This document shows, piece by piece, positions 50,528 through 60,789 of a stretch of 64,000 nt of DNA. The stretch is taken from assembly GCA_963726455.1 (NCBI GenBank), contig CAVSCK010000003.1, positions 128,001-192,000 on the forward strand. Direction: 5' to 3'. The stretch is from an uncultured bacterium (GTDB lineage: Bacteria > Zixibacteria > MSB-5A5 > CAIYYT01). Below the pieces are notes generated by a model that searched no databases, was not told the DNA's origin, and saw only the letters and a list, made by a program, of their open reading frames with translations. Numbering within the stretch: position 1 is the stretch's first letter; every line of letters starts with the position of its first letter. A program made the translations under genes and the position numbers.

Positions 50528-52119
50528 CTATCCTGCTTGCGAGTCAATTCCCGCTTCCAATGGACATCATCAAGCTCGGGGTAGTCATTGTTGAAGTGCA
50601 AGCCGCGTGATTCCTTGCGTTCGATTGCAAAACTGATGATGAGTTGTGCGGTCGTGGCAAGGTTGCGCAACTCGATGGCTTCATAACTCATACCCCGCGT
50701 ATGAATGTAATCTTCGATATCGGCAACTAGTGTGTCGACACGTTGGCGGGCGCGACCCAAACGATAGTCCGAACGCACGACACCGACGTAGTCCCACATC
50801 AGATTCAGCAATTCGCTACGGTCATGTTCCAATAGCACTCTCTCTTTGTGTTTGAGTCTTTCGCCGACCTCAGTGCCGAGGCGATCGGCCGCAACTTGCT
50901 CGACCAGAGCCGTGATATCAACCCTCTCGGCAACATCCGAAGCAAATCCAGCCATCGCTACCGCCTCCAGAAGTGAATTGGAGGCAAGCCGATTAGCGCC
51001 ATGCATACCGGTCATGGCAACTTCACCGCAAGCGTAGAGCGACTTAATGTCCGTGCGCCCGAACAGATCAGTCCTGACACCACCGCAACAATAGTGCGCC
51101 GCCGGAACGACCGGAATTCGTTCGCGAGTGATATCGAGGCCCAAATTCAGGCAAGTTTGATATATGTGGGGAAATCTTTCCTGGATAAAATCACGTCCCA
51201 GCGGAGTCATATCGAGCAGCACGTTGGGGTCGCCCGAGGCCTTAAGTTCGGCGTCAATCGCGCGCGCCACGGTATCACGTGGAGCCAGTTCCGCCATGGC
51301 ATGGTATTTATGCATAAACCGTTCTCCGCGTAGCGTCAGCAGCTGTGCCCCTTCGCCGCGAACCGCTTCGGAAATCAGGAACGAATTACCCTGTGGATGA
51401 TACAGCGACGTCGGATGAAACTGAATGAATTCCATGTTCGAGATCGCTGCCCCGGCGCGATACGCCATCGCGACTCCGTCTCCGGTGGCAATCGAGGGAT
51501 TGGTCGTATGTTTGTATACTACACCGACGCCGCCGGTGGCGAGCAAGACAGTACCGGCATAGAAATTACGCGCGTTGTGGGAACGACTATCCAAACATGT
51601 TACGCCGACGCACTGTTTCGCACCATTCAGGTCGACGGTGATCAAATCTACGGCGATATGATTTTCGTGAAGTTCGATATTCGGATTCTCGTGAACACGC
51701 TCCAGCAATGCCTTCTCAATTTCCCGTCCCGTAAAGTCGGCGGCATGAACCACGCGGCGCTCGGAATGGCCGCCTTCGCGTGAAAGTTCCAGCCGGTCTG
51801 ACGCTTGGGCACGTTCGCGGCTGAACTGCACTCCCAGCGAGATCAACTCTTCGATGCAGGAAGGTCCCCGCGTGACAATCTTCTCCACGACGTCCGGATG
51901 CGACAACCCGCAGCCGGTAGTCAGAGTGTCTGCCACGTGCTTTTCGAAGCTGTCGACGGTCGACATGACCGCCGCTATGCCACCCTGGGCGTAGTTGGTA
52001 TTCGAGTCGCTCTTTCGCTTTTTGGTGATAACAGCCACGCGTCCGCATGATGCGACCCTGAGAGCATACGTCAGTCCCGCAATACCCGAACCGATAACCA
52101 GGAAGTCAAATTTCAGCAC
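50518..52119 (-). CDS. nadB: L-aspartate oxidase
   Basis: GSGIAGL, AQGGIAA, EGGHS.RR, QFHPT, SEAVRGEG and HGANRLASNSLLE motifs. Confidence 0.96.
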   Translation of the reverse strand: MLKFDFLVIGSGIAGLTYALRVASCGRVAVITKKRKSDSNTNYAQGGIAAVMSTVDSFEKHVADTLTTGCGLSHPDVVEKIVTRGPSCIEELISLGVQFSRERAQASDRLELSREGGHSERRVVHAADFTGREIEKALLERVHENPNIELHENHIAVDLITVDLNGAKQCVGVTCLDSRSHNARNFYAGTVLLATGGVGVVYKHTTNPSIATGDGVAMAYRAGAAISNMEFIQFHPTSLYHPQGNSFLISEAVRGEGAQLLTLRGERFMHKYHAMAELAPRDTVARAIDAELKASGDPNVLLDMTPLGRDFIQERFPHIYQTCLNLGLDITRERIPVVPAAHYCCGGVRTDLFGRTDIKSLYACGEVAMTGMHGANRLASNSLLEAVAMAGFASDVAERVDITALVEQVAADRLGTEVGERLKHKERVLLEHDRSELLNLMWDYVGVVRSDYRLGRARQRVDTLVADIEDYIHTRGMSYEAIELRNLATTAQLIISFAIERKESRGLHFNNDYPELDDVHWKRELTRKQDRWI

Positions 52120-53222
52120 GCCAACACCTCGGCAATTTTGCCCCAGAATATATCCTCGCGACTCGCGAAGGCAACCGATATTTCCGCCACGGCGCAGACA
52201 TTCGGGTCAAAACCTAGCCCGCAAGTTTAATTGCGTCTTTTTCGGTTGTCAGCAACATGTCCGCCCGACTCTCGCTTAACTGATTGCGTAATGCGATGCA
52301 CATCCGCGTTGGTATACCGATGATGGTCATCGAAAGTTATACAGTCCGCCACGGTGATTCTGTTGGTTTTCAGGAGTCGAACAAACCCGTCGGGATTGCC
52401 AATGCCGCAGAAGGCAAGACACTTACGTCTCAGTCAGCGATTCGATATCGACAGTCTCTCCAGTGGCAAGATCGGAGAATCGGTTAATCACGGTCTTCAG
52501 TTCGAAGACTCGGTTCGCGTCAATGTTGCGAGGTAGTTGCCGACGGATATTCAGGAGATCTTCCTGATCGACAGACTCCGTTCTCGTAAGCAATATCAGA
52601 CTTGCACGATAGAGCGAATATGTCGGCTCGCGAAGATTACCTGCCGGCAATATCGAGCCGTTGCCGAAGGGATTCAACGCATCGATAAGCACAATATCGC
52701 AATCGCGGTGTAGTCGCAGGTGCTGGAATCCGTCATCCAACAGGAATACCTTGATCCCGTGCCGTGAGTCTAGTTCGTTTGCATTTCGCAATCTGTCTTT
52801 ACCCACCCCAAACCAGGTGTTGGGAAGACGCCGCGTAAGCAGCGTAATTTCATCTCCGACGGCTCGAACGGATTCTCGCGGTGGACTGCTGCTATTGAAA
52901 ATCAGTCCGTTGTCCTCAGCACTTGATCGATACGCGCGTGACAAAATCGCGAAATTCGTTCCACGTTTCCTAAGGTACTCAGCGATCATCAGGGTTACCG
53001 GTGTCTTGCCCGTGCCACCGGTCGTGATGTTGCCGATGGAGATGACCTTGCCCGGAACACTTTCGATTTCGCGATGGCGGAGCGATACAGAGAATCGCCT
53101 ACACTGACCATGAACCGAAACAGCCAGCTAACGGGAACAAGAATTGCCCTTAGTACCGTTGCAACGACGCTTCTCCGGCTTCCGGATTGCATCGCCGCAA
53201 CGTATGATCTCACTGCCGACAT
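52113..53222 (-). pseudogene. lpxK: Tetraacyldisaccharide 4'-kinase LpxK, broken by four indels as assembled (probably sequence error)
   Basis: Successive frames give ISIGNITTGGTGKTP, LSRAY, GDE, LDDGFQH, PAGNLRE, FCGIGNP, FDDHHRY and TTEKDAIK. The net frame is restored (~369 aa). Confidence 0.9.
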
Positions 53223-53229
53223 TTCTTAT

Positions 53230-54474
53230 TCACGATACGATTTCCGACACATAGCGATCGACTATATTCGCGTTGGCGCCTCTGAGCTGGCTTGCCCGGT
53301 CGGCATATATCTTCTTGCTGTCGGGGTTCTCCATCAGAGTCATGATCGTATCGGCGATTTGCTTCGCGTCGGTTACTTCAATTCCCATTTTGTATTGTAT
53401 CAGGACTTTATGTCCGGACAATTGGCCTTGGAAGTGTGGCCCGAACAGCACCGGACATCCGGCCAGCGCTGGTTCGAGCAGGTTGTGTCCACCCAACGGC
53501 GCCAGCGTACCGCCGACAAAGGTGATATCCGAGCAATGGTAGAACAGATTCAGCTCGCCGATCGAGTCAAGCAGCAAGACTTGAGTATCCCGAGTTAGGG
53601 CGCCCTCGCTTCGTCGGCAGAAATTGAGTCCCGACTTCTTGACGACTTCAACAACCTCCCGCATCCGTTCCAAGTGGCGCGGAGCCAGAATCAGGCGCGC
53701 ATTCTTATGCGACTCGAAAATTCCAGAGAAGGCGTCCAACAGAATCTCTTCTTCGCCTGGTCGAGTTGAGCCGCACGTGAAGACGATCATGTCATGCCAG
53801 ACACAGAGATACTCTTTGATTCTTTGGAGTTCTTCGAGTGCCGGTGGCACATACTCTCCTTTTGCCGATCCGACTACTTCGATCGGTACTTCATTTCCTG
53901 CCAGCTCTCGCAGGCGCTCGGCGTCTTCCTCACTCTGCATCAGCAGCTTGCTGCACGACCGCAACAATGGCCTGAACAGCGGTTTCATCGGCCGATAGCG
54001 GCGTAGCGATCTTTCCGTCAGTCGCCCGGATATTTGCATGACTTCCGCACCGTTTCCGAATGCCAGCTCCATTAGCGTCGGCCACAGTTCAGTCTCGATT
54101 AGAATGACCTTTGCGGGAAGGTAAACTCGCAGGAATCGCTTCACGAACAGCGGCGTATCGAACGGCTGGTAAGCAATCACGTCCGCGCCGCAATTCAATT
54201 TCTCCGCTTGGAGGCGTCCCGTCTTAGTGGTTACAGTGAGCAGCATTGCGTAATCGGTCGAGGATTTCAATCGCGCGATTATTTTGGCTGCAATCGTGAC
54301 TTCCCCGACAGATGAAGCCACGAACCACAGCAAGCGCCGATTCCGGTCCGGTTGCTTTAGTCCGACGCCCAGACGCTCGATTTCGTCGCGGCGGCCTGAC
54401 AACCACAAGATTACGGCTGCAACCGAAAGCGGAATCACATAAACGTATGTGAAACACCGGTAGAGAAATCTCAT
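53230..54474 (-). CDS. waaA: 3-deoxy-D-manno-octulosonic acid (Kdo) transferase
   Basis: ASSVGE, ETELWP, GSTRPGEE, APRHLER and GGHNLLEPA motifs. The ATG overlaps the lpxB TAA. Confidence 0.93.
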   Translation of the reverse strand: MRFLYRCFTYVYVIPLSVAAVILWLSGRRDEIERLGVGLKQPDRNRRLLWFVASSVGEVTIAAKIIARLKSSTDYAMLLTVTTKTGRLQAEKLNCGADVIAYQPFDTPLFVKRFLRVYLPAKVILIETELWPTLMELAFGNGAEVMQISGRLTERSLRRYRPMKPLFRPLLRSCSKLLMQSEEDAERLRELAGNEVPIEVVGSAKGEYVPPALEELQRIKEYLCVWHDMIVFTCGSTRPGEEEILLDAFSGIFESHKNARLILAPRHLERMREVVEVVKKSGLNFCRRSEGALTRDTQVLLLDSIGELNLFYHCSDITFVGGTLAPLGGHNLLEPALAGCPVLFGPHFQGQLSGHKVLIQYKMGIEVTDAKQIADTIMTLMENPDSKKIYADRASQLRGANANIVDRYVSEIVS

Positions 54475-55604
54475 TACAGAAACTCCCGCGAGATCAACGT
54501 TGCCGCGCGTACTGCCGCGCCCGGTTTGCCGAGACACTCGCGCACCGTCTGCAACCGGCTCATCATTACTGCTGCCGTCATCTGGTCGGAAAGGACCTGG
54601 CGGCAAAATGTCGTAAGGTTCGCCGAAGTCAGTTCATCCTGTAGAAACTCCGGCACAATGGTCATTCCTGCTACGATATTGACCAGCCCCACGCTCTTGA
54701 GATTGATCAATCGGCGGGCAATCTGATAGGTTATCCAGCCGGTTCTGTATACCACACAAAACGGAGTCACGCACAATGCGGCTTCCAGCGTTGCAGTTCC
54801 CGAAGCCACGATTGCGACGTCCGCCGACTTAAGCAAATCGTAAGTATCACCGGCTACGTGCAGCGGCCTGACCCCGATCCGTCTCTCCACTTCTGAGTAT
54901 AGCGACGGATCAACTTCTTCCCTCACTGCCACGACCGGCAGGGCACGTGGTTCGATCTCATTTATCGTCTTGATCGCTTCCAACATCGGATGGTAATGTC
55001 GTGCGATTTCGGTCGCACGCGAGCCGGGCAGCAGTGCGATTATCTTGGCGAATTTGCCGACGCCGTATCGATCGCGAAAACCGGGCGCATCATGACCGGG
55101 ATCGATCAGGTCGAGCAGAGGATGCCCGACAAATTCGCACCGGATCTTCGCAGGATTGAAGAGCCGCTTTTCGAACGGCAGGATGCAAAGCAGCAGGTCG
55201 ACCCGTTCTTCAATTTGCGTGATCCGTTCCGGCTTCCACGCCCACACCTGTGGAATGATATAATAGACAACCTTGATACCACGCTGTTTCAGTTCCTTCG
55301 CCAAACGCAAATTCATTCCCGGATAATCAATCAGGATGGCTAGCTCCGGCTGTTGGAGATCAATCTGCTTCAAAACCTCATGATAGATTCGGCGGAAATG
55401 GAGCAGTTTTCGCGCAACTTCCCAGAAACCGGCGACGGCGAGCGAACGCAGATCGTAGAGTAGTTCGACGCCCTCAGCGCGCAGTTGCTCACCACCAAGC
55501 CCAAAAAAGCGAAGCCCGCCATGGCGGGCTTGAAGCGCACGAATCAGCGCGGCCGCGTGAAGGTCTCCCGAGGCCTCACCCGCGGAAACAAAAACTGTCT
55601 TCAA
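54474..55604 (-). CDS. lpxB: Lipid-A-disaccharide synthase
   Basis: AGEASGDLH, IDYPGMN, PQVWAW, VGHPL, LLPGSR and SGTATLE motifs. Confidence 0.97.
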   Translation of the reverse strand: MKTVFVSAGEASGDLHAAALIRALQARHGGLRFFGLGGEQLRAEGVELLYDLRSLAVAGFWEVARKLLHFRRIYHEVLKQIDLQQPELAILIDYPGMNLRLAKELKQRGIKVVYYIIPQVWAWKPERITQIEERVDLLLCILPFEKRLFNPAKIRCEFVGHPLLDLIDPGHDAPGFRDRYGVGKFAKIIALLPGSRATEIARHYHPMLEAIKTINEIEPRALPVVAVREEVDPSLYSEVERRIGVRPLHVAGDTYDLLKSADVAIVASGTATLEAALCVTPFCVVYRTGWITYQIARRLINLKSVGLVNIVAGMTIVPEFLQDELTSANLTTFCRQVLSDQMTAAVMMSRLQTVRECLGKPGAAVRAATLISREFL

Positions 55605-56599
55605 GACAAGATCCTGCTGAGATTTTCCATCGCAATCGTTTCGATCTTCTCCGCCAATGCCAATGCCGCCGTCGCTTCATAGCCGTTGACGGCAACCGGT
55701 CGGTCAAGTGCAATTGCCTGCACGAACGAACTGATTTCCGCCGTTAACATGTCATAGTCGGTGTAGCTTAGCTGGCGAAACATGATCTTTCGTCCGGTCG
55801 GCTCGTGCTGGAGCGCGCAAAAATATCCCGGATATGACTTGGAATCATCGAGCGGCGCCAGCACGAAATGCTCACCCGACTTCTTGAGAAAATCAACCGA
55901 CAAGTAATTGTCTTTGGCGAACAGCCGCAGTTTGCGCATCTTGTTGACCGAAATACGTGAAGCCGTCAAATTGGCAACCGTGCCATTCGCGAACTCTATC
56001 CGGGCATTGGCAATATCGGGCTGGTCGGATACCACAGCCACGGCGGACGAGTGCACTTCCTTTACCTCAGACTTGACTACCGACAGGAGCAGATCAAGGT
56101 CGTGTATCATCAGTTCCAGAATCACTGGAACAGCCAAACCTCTTGGACTGAATTGCGACAGTCGGTGGCCTTCGATGAACCGCGGCGGACCAGGCAACAA
56201 CTTCAGGCCTTCGTAGGCAGGGTTGAATCTCTCGATATGTCCAACCTGAAATTTCAGTCGCTTCCGCTCGGCCAGCTCAGTCAGTTCACGCCCTTCGCTC
56301 TCGGTAGTCGCGATCGGCTTTTCCACCAGAACATGCTTGCCGGCCTCAAGCGCACGCTTGGCTTCGGCGTAATGTGATTCAGTCGGCACTACGATGCTGA
56401 CGGCCTCGACATTTTCCAAGAGTTCTTCAATGCTGCGGCAATCCTTACAGCCGGTGCTTTGCGCAACCGCCGTAGTTCGGTCAGGAATGATGTCGAAAGC
56501 AGCGGCCAGCGTGGCTTCCTCGATTTGCGTGACTTTCTGCGCATGGATGCGACCCAACTGCCCGCAGCCGACAACCCCGTACTTTAATTTGTTTGCCAT
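55601..56599 (-). CDS. gnnA: Gfo/Idh/MocA oxidoreductase, probable UDP-GlcNAc 3-dehydrogenase GnnA
   Basis: GCGQLG, EKP, VGHIERFNPA, LMIHDLD and NLTASRIS motifs. Located between lpxA and lpxB. Confidence 0.72.
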   Translation of the reverse strand: MANKLKYGVVGCGQLGRIHAQKVTQIEEATLAAAFDIIPDRTTAVAQSTGCKDCRSIEELLENVEAVSIVVPTESHYAEAKRALEAGKHVLVEKPIATTESEGRELTELAERKRLKFQVGHIERFNPAYEGLKLLPGPPRFIEGHRLSQFSPRGLAVPVILELMIHDLDLLLSVVKSEVKEVHSSAVAVVSDQPDIANARIEFANGTVANLTASRISVNKMRKLRLFAKDNYLSVDFLKKSGEHFVLAPLDDSKSYPGYFCALQHEPTGRKIMFRQLSYTDYDMLTAEISSFVQAIALDRPVAVNGYEATAALALAEKIETIAMENLSRILS

Positions 56600-56604
56600 C
56601 TTAT

Positions 56605-57384
56605 CTACTTACAAATTCCTCGCTCGGAAGCGGCTATGAAATCCAGCACATCCTGTACTTCCGGTATCAACTCTACGTCGGTTTTTATGCGCTCGACCGC
56701 CTGTGTGGTATTCAGTCCCGAACGGAAGAGCAAACGAAATGCCTGTTCCAGAGTGTGAATGGTTTCCTTTGCGAAACCGCGGCGCTTAAGTCCGACGATA
56801 TTCAGACCCATCACTTTGAGCGGATATCCGCCACACATTGAATAAGGGCAAATATCCATCGGCACGCGGAATCCACCGCCGATCATGGCGTGCTTGCCGA
56901 TCTTCACGAACTGGTGCACGGGCACAATGCCGCCGAGAATAGCCCAGTCGCCGATCTCGATATGTCCTGCCAGATTGACCGAATTCACGAGAATCACGTT
57001 ATCGCCGATGATGCAGTCGTGCGCGACGTGCGAGTAAGCCATCAGCAGACAGTTCTTGCCGATCGTAGTCTGACCGCGCTGAACCGTACCGCGATTGATC
57101 GTGGCATATTCCCGTATCGTGGTATCGTCACCAATCTTCAGAAGCGATGCCTCGCCACCGAATTTCAAGTCTTGCGGAATCGAAGCCAGCACCGCCCCAT
57201 GATGGACTTTGACATTTTTACCAAGTCGCGCGCCATTGGCGATCAGAATGTTGGCGCCAACGCGACAACCGTCGTCGATGATGACATTGTCTTCTACTAA
57301 TGTATGCGCGCCGATTTCGACGTTATCACCTAACTCGGCGCCGGCAGCGACAATCGCCGTGGGATGTATTACATTGCAGTTCAT
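56605..57384 (-). CDS. lpxA: UDP-GlcNAc (or GlcNAc3N) acyltransferase LpxA
   Basis: IHPTAIV, hexapeptide repeats, PQDLKF, HVAHDC, VHQF and GLKRRGF motifs. Confidence 0.97.
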   Translation of the reverse strand: MNCNVIHPTAIVAAGAELGDNVEIGAHTLVEDNVIIDDGCRVGANILIANGARLGKNVKVHHGAVLASIPQDLKFGGEASLLKIGDDTTIREYATINRGTVQRGQTTIGKNCLLMAYSHVAHDCIIGDNVILVNSVNLAGHIEIGDWAILGGIVPVHQFVKIGKHAMIGGGFRVPMDICPYSMCGGYPLKVMGLNIVGLKRRGFAKETIHTLEQAFRLLFRSGLNTTQAVERIKTDVELIPEVQDVLDFIAASERGICK

Positions 57385-58775
57385 CGATCCACCACCGCAG
57401 CCAGCATTTCGGCCTCACAAACCAAAGTGTCCCCCACAAACGCCTCACCGGTCATCTTACAGGTCGAGCGGCGATAGGATATCATCTTAAGCTCGAAACG
57501 CAATTGATCGCCCGGCAACACAGGTTTGCGGAATCGCACACCGTCGATGCCCATGAAGTAGACCACCTTATTCTCAGGATTTTCCACTGTGTTCAAGAGC
57601 AGAAATCCGCCTGCTTGTGCCATCGCTTCGACGATCAGCACTCCGGGCATAATCGGATGTCCCGGAAAATGCCCCTGAAAAAACGGCTCATTGATGGTCA
57701 CATTCTTCAAGGCCGAGACTGATTTTTCCGGCACGATATCCAGAATGCGGTCAATCAGCAGGAAGGGGTAACGATGCGGCATCAACTTGAGAATAGCGCC
57801 GATGTCCAGAACGTATTCACCTGAGGCGCGGCTCGGATATTTTTTACGGATTTGCTTCTTCTTATACAGCGACCGCATGCGTTTCGCAAGAGCGACGTTC
57901 GCGGCGTGGCCGGAACGCGCGGCGAGCACATGCCCCTTGATTGGAGCACCGATCAGAAACAGGTCGCCGATCAAGTCGACAACTTTGTGCCGTACCGGCT
58001 CGTTGTAAAATCGCAACGGTTTATCGTTAAGAATCCCGGTCTTTCCGATAAAGACGTCCTCCTGCAGGCCAAACAACTTTCTCAGACGTTCCACTTCCGC
58101 CTGGCCGATGTCATAATCGCAAATCACGACCGCCGAATCCAGGCCTCCGCCCTTGATAATCCCTCGCTCCTTCATCATTTCCACTTCGGATAAGAAGCAA
58201 AACGTCCGGGCAGGCGCGAACTCATTAACGAATTCATCTTCGAGACTCACCAGCGACGTGTACTGGGTTCCCAACGCAGGATTCTTGTAGTCAACCAGGA
58301 ACGTAATTCTGAACTGGTCGCTGGGGACCACTACTATGTCAACACCCCGTTCTTTTTCGGAGTATGCCAAATGCGAGTCGATTTCGAAATATTCCTTGGG
58401 TTGCGCCTGGCGGACAACGCCGCCTTGGAGGAGGATTTCCACGAACGGCTGCGACGAACCGTCAAAAACCGGTGGCTCGATATTGTTCAACTCGATAATC
58501 AGGTTGTCTATCTGCAGTCCGGCCACCGCCGCCAGCACATGCTCGACCGTGTAAACCTTGGCCTCGCCCTTCTGAATTGTGGTGCCGCGATCCAGGCCGA
58601 CCACGTGGTCGATGTCGGCCGGCACTTCCGGGGCGCCGGTCAGGTCGGTGCGAACGAATCGCACTCCGGTGCCCGGTTCGGCAGGTTTGAAAGTTATGGT
58701 AGACTGGCAGCCGGTATGAAGCCCTATTCCCGATCCACTGGCCGACCGCCCAATCGTTTGTTGTTCTTCAATCAT
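57381..58775 (-). CDS. lpxC: Bifunctional LpxC/FabZ
   Basis: GIGLHTG, TVEH, APARTF and [10 protein letters not shown] (LpxC), followed by [10 protein letters not shown] and [22 protein letters not shown] (FabZ). Confidence 0.96.
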   Translation of the reverse strand: MIEEQQTIGRSASGSGIGLHTGCQSTITFKPAEPGTGVRFVRTDLTGAPEVPADIDHVVGLDRGTTIQKGEAKVYTVEHVLAAVAGLQIDNLIIELNNIEPPVFDGSSQPFVEILLQGGVVRQAQPKEYFEIDSHLAYSEKERGVDIVVVPSDQFRITFLVDYKNPALGTQYTSLVSLEDEFVNEFAPARTFCFLSEVEMMKERGIIKGGGLDSAVVICDYDIGQAEVERLRKLFGLQEDVFIGKTGILNDKPLRFYNEPVRHKVVDLIGDLFLIGAPIKGHVLAARSGHAANVALAKRMRSLYKKKQIRKKYPSRASGEYVLDIGAILKLMPHRYPFLLIDRILDIVPEKSVSALKNVTINEPFFQGHFPGHPIMPGVLIVEAMAQAGGFLLLNTVENPENKVVYFMGIDGVRFRKPVLPGDQLRFELKMISYRRSTCKMTGEAFVGDTLVCEAEMLAAVVDR

Positions 58776-58810
58776 CAGAAGATCCTTTCCTCACCACAAA
58801 CTAGTTAATT

Positions 58811-58839
58811 AGTTTAATCAACTTGGATCTTATTTTCAA
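58811..58839 (-). promoter_or_regulatory. Sigma70-type promoter TTGAAA-N17-TAAACT for the lpx operon
   Basis: Correct spacing in an AT-rich divergent intergenic region, upstream of the GAGG RBS of lpxC. Confidence 0.55.
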
Positions 58840-58905
58840 CCCCGAATAAGCAAAAAACCCGCTCACGCCAAACTACGCGCGCAGAGTCCTCTCCTTCAAC
58901 TTTGT

Positions 58906-58933
58906 TTGACAGCATGCATATAACTGATATATT
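58906..58933 (+). promoter_or_regulatory. Sigma70-type promoter TTGACA-N16-(TGa)TATATT for ppi-dxr-rseP
   Basis: Consensus -35, extended -10 and a GGGAGAGG RBS before the ATG at 58973. Confidence 0.65.
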
Positions 58934-58972
58934 GCACGCTGACTATGGTTGATCTAACATTCGGGAGAGGAA

Positions 58973-59614
58973 ATGAAGTCTGTACTTTCCATACTCATGC
59001 TTGTACTGGCGGGCGTTATGCTTACTGACGGTTGCTTTGATTCCAAGAAAAATCCTGTGGTTGTCCTGGAGACCTCCGAAGGCAATATCGAGGTTGAACT
59101 GTTCCCGGGCGTGGCGCCTCTTCACGTCGAGAATTTTCTCGGCCTGGTGCGCAAGGGTTTCTATGATTCGCTGTTGTTTCACCGGGTCATCGACGGTTTC
59201 ATGATTCAGACCGGAGACCCGCAGGGCGACGGATTCGGCGGCTCGGGCGCTACCGTTCCGGCAGAATTCAATGACTCGCTTCATCACGCCGGCTCACTCG
59301 GAATGGCGAGATCGAGCGATCCCAATTCCGCGTCATCGCAATTCTACATCTGCCTTGCTCCGGCTCCTTTTCTCGATCATAAGTACACGGTTTTCGGCAA
59401 GACAGTTGCAGGATTTGACGTAGTTCAGAAGATCGGCAAGGCGCCAACTTCAGGGTCGTTCACGAAAATGCAAAATGACATTCAATGGGTGAACGATTTG
59501 ATGAAAATGAAGCAAGAAGGCACGGCAGATATTTCTCTCCTGCCTAACGGCATTCCGGCGGCAGATCGGCCGCTCAAGAAGATCTATTTGATTCGCGCCT
59601 ACGAGAAGAAGTGA
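58973..59614 (+). CDS. Cyclophilin-type peptidyl-prolyl isomerase, lipoprotein
   Basis: Lipobox-like LTDGC; FHRVIDGFMIQTGDP, MARS..PNSASSQFYI and LD.KYTVFG motifs. Confidence 0.93.
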   Translation: MKSVLSILMLVLAGVMLTDGCFDSKKNPVVVLETSEGNIEVELFPGVAPLHVENFLGLVRKGFYDSLLFHRVIDGFMIQTGDPQGDGFGGSGATVPAEFNDSLHHAGSLGMARSSDPNSASSQFYICLAPAPFLDHKYTVFGKTVAGFDVVQKIGKAPTSGSFTKMQNDIQWVNDLMKMKQEGTADISLLPNGIPAADRPLKKIYLIRAYEKK

Positions 59615-60782
59615 AGCGAATTCTTCTATTCGGTTCTACCGGCTCAATCGGCCGCAACGTTCTTGACATAGTTGCCGAGAATCGCGACGCGTTCACCTTG
59701 TCGCTGTTGTCGGGGCGCAGCAATGTCGATCTTCTCGGCCAACAGGCCAGAGAATTCGATGTCCCGGCAGTGCTGATCAGCGACGAAAACGCCGCCGAGT
59801 CAGCCAGGCAGTCGCTGCCGCCTTCCACCGGATATTCTCGGGCAGTTCAGCTTACGAGCAAGCCATCGCGGCGATCGATTGCGATTTGGTAGTCAACGCC
59901 ATTGTCGGTGCCGCCGGTCTCGAGGTTTCCTATTATGCCCTCTCCGCAGGCAAGACGCTCGCTCTTGCCAACAAAGAGTCATTGGTGGCAGGAGGTGAAC
60001 TGCTAAATTCCGTAGCGCACAGTTCAGGCGCACAGATCATTCCGATCGATTCAGAGCATTCCGCCATATTCCAGTGCCTTCAGGCCGGGAGGCGATCAGA
60101 AGTCGAAAAGATCATTCTGACAGCTTCCGGCGGGCCGTTTCGAACACGCCCACTCGAGACTTTCGACTCCATAACTATTGGCGAAGCATTGAAGCACCCA
60201 AATTGGTCAATGGGCGCCAAGATTACTGTCGACTCGGCCACGATGATGAACAAGTGCCTGGAAATAATCGAGGCGCGGTATCTCTTTGGCCTTGCACCGG
60301 AACAGATCGAAGTAGTGATTCACCCTGAATCCATTATTCATTCAATGGTTCAGTTTCATGACGGTTCGGTTGTGGCGCAGTTGTCACCTCCCGACATGCG
60401 GCTGCCGATTTCTTACGCGCTCAATCATCCAGAGCGGTTGACAACAAATCTTCCACGTATGGAATTTGCGGCGGCGCGGAAGTTGACTTTCGAACCGGTC
60501 GATCATCGTCGCTATCCGGCTATTGCGCTGGCGTACAAAGCATTGGAAATGGGCGGAGTTGCGCCGCTGATGCTCAATGCCGCCAATGAAATTGCCGTTG
60601 CAGCTTTTCTTGGCGGAAAGATAAAATTTCCCGATATTACAACTGTCGTGGCCAGGATGATTTCTGCGGAACTGAAATTGCCGGACCGAAGTCTCCGCGA
60701 CGTATTGAACGCGGACGCCAACGTGCGAAAGGCCACCGAGGAATTGATCGCCCAGGGAACATTTTCGGAAGCAAAAGGTTGA
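59611..60782 (+). CDS. dxr: 1-deoxy-D-xylulose-5-phosphate reductoisomerase, frameshifted near 59828
   Basis: GSTGSIG in the first ORF; LANKESLV, PIDSEHSAIFQ, TASGGPF, HPNWSMGAKITVDSAT and NAANE in the second. Adding one base gives ~390 aa. Confidence 0.93.
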
Positions 60783-60789
60783 TAAGCTT

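Noticed and set aside
52113-60782. Programmed ribosomal frameshifting in lpxK or dxr
   Set aside because: There are no slippery heptamers, the shift directions are mixed, and four shifts in one gene is implausible.
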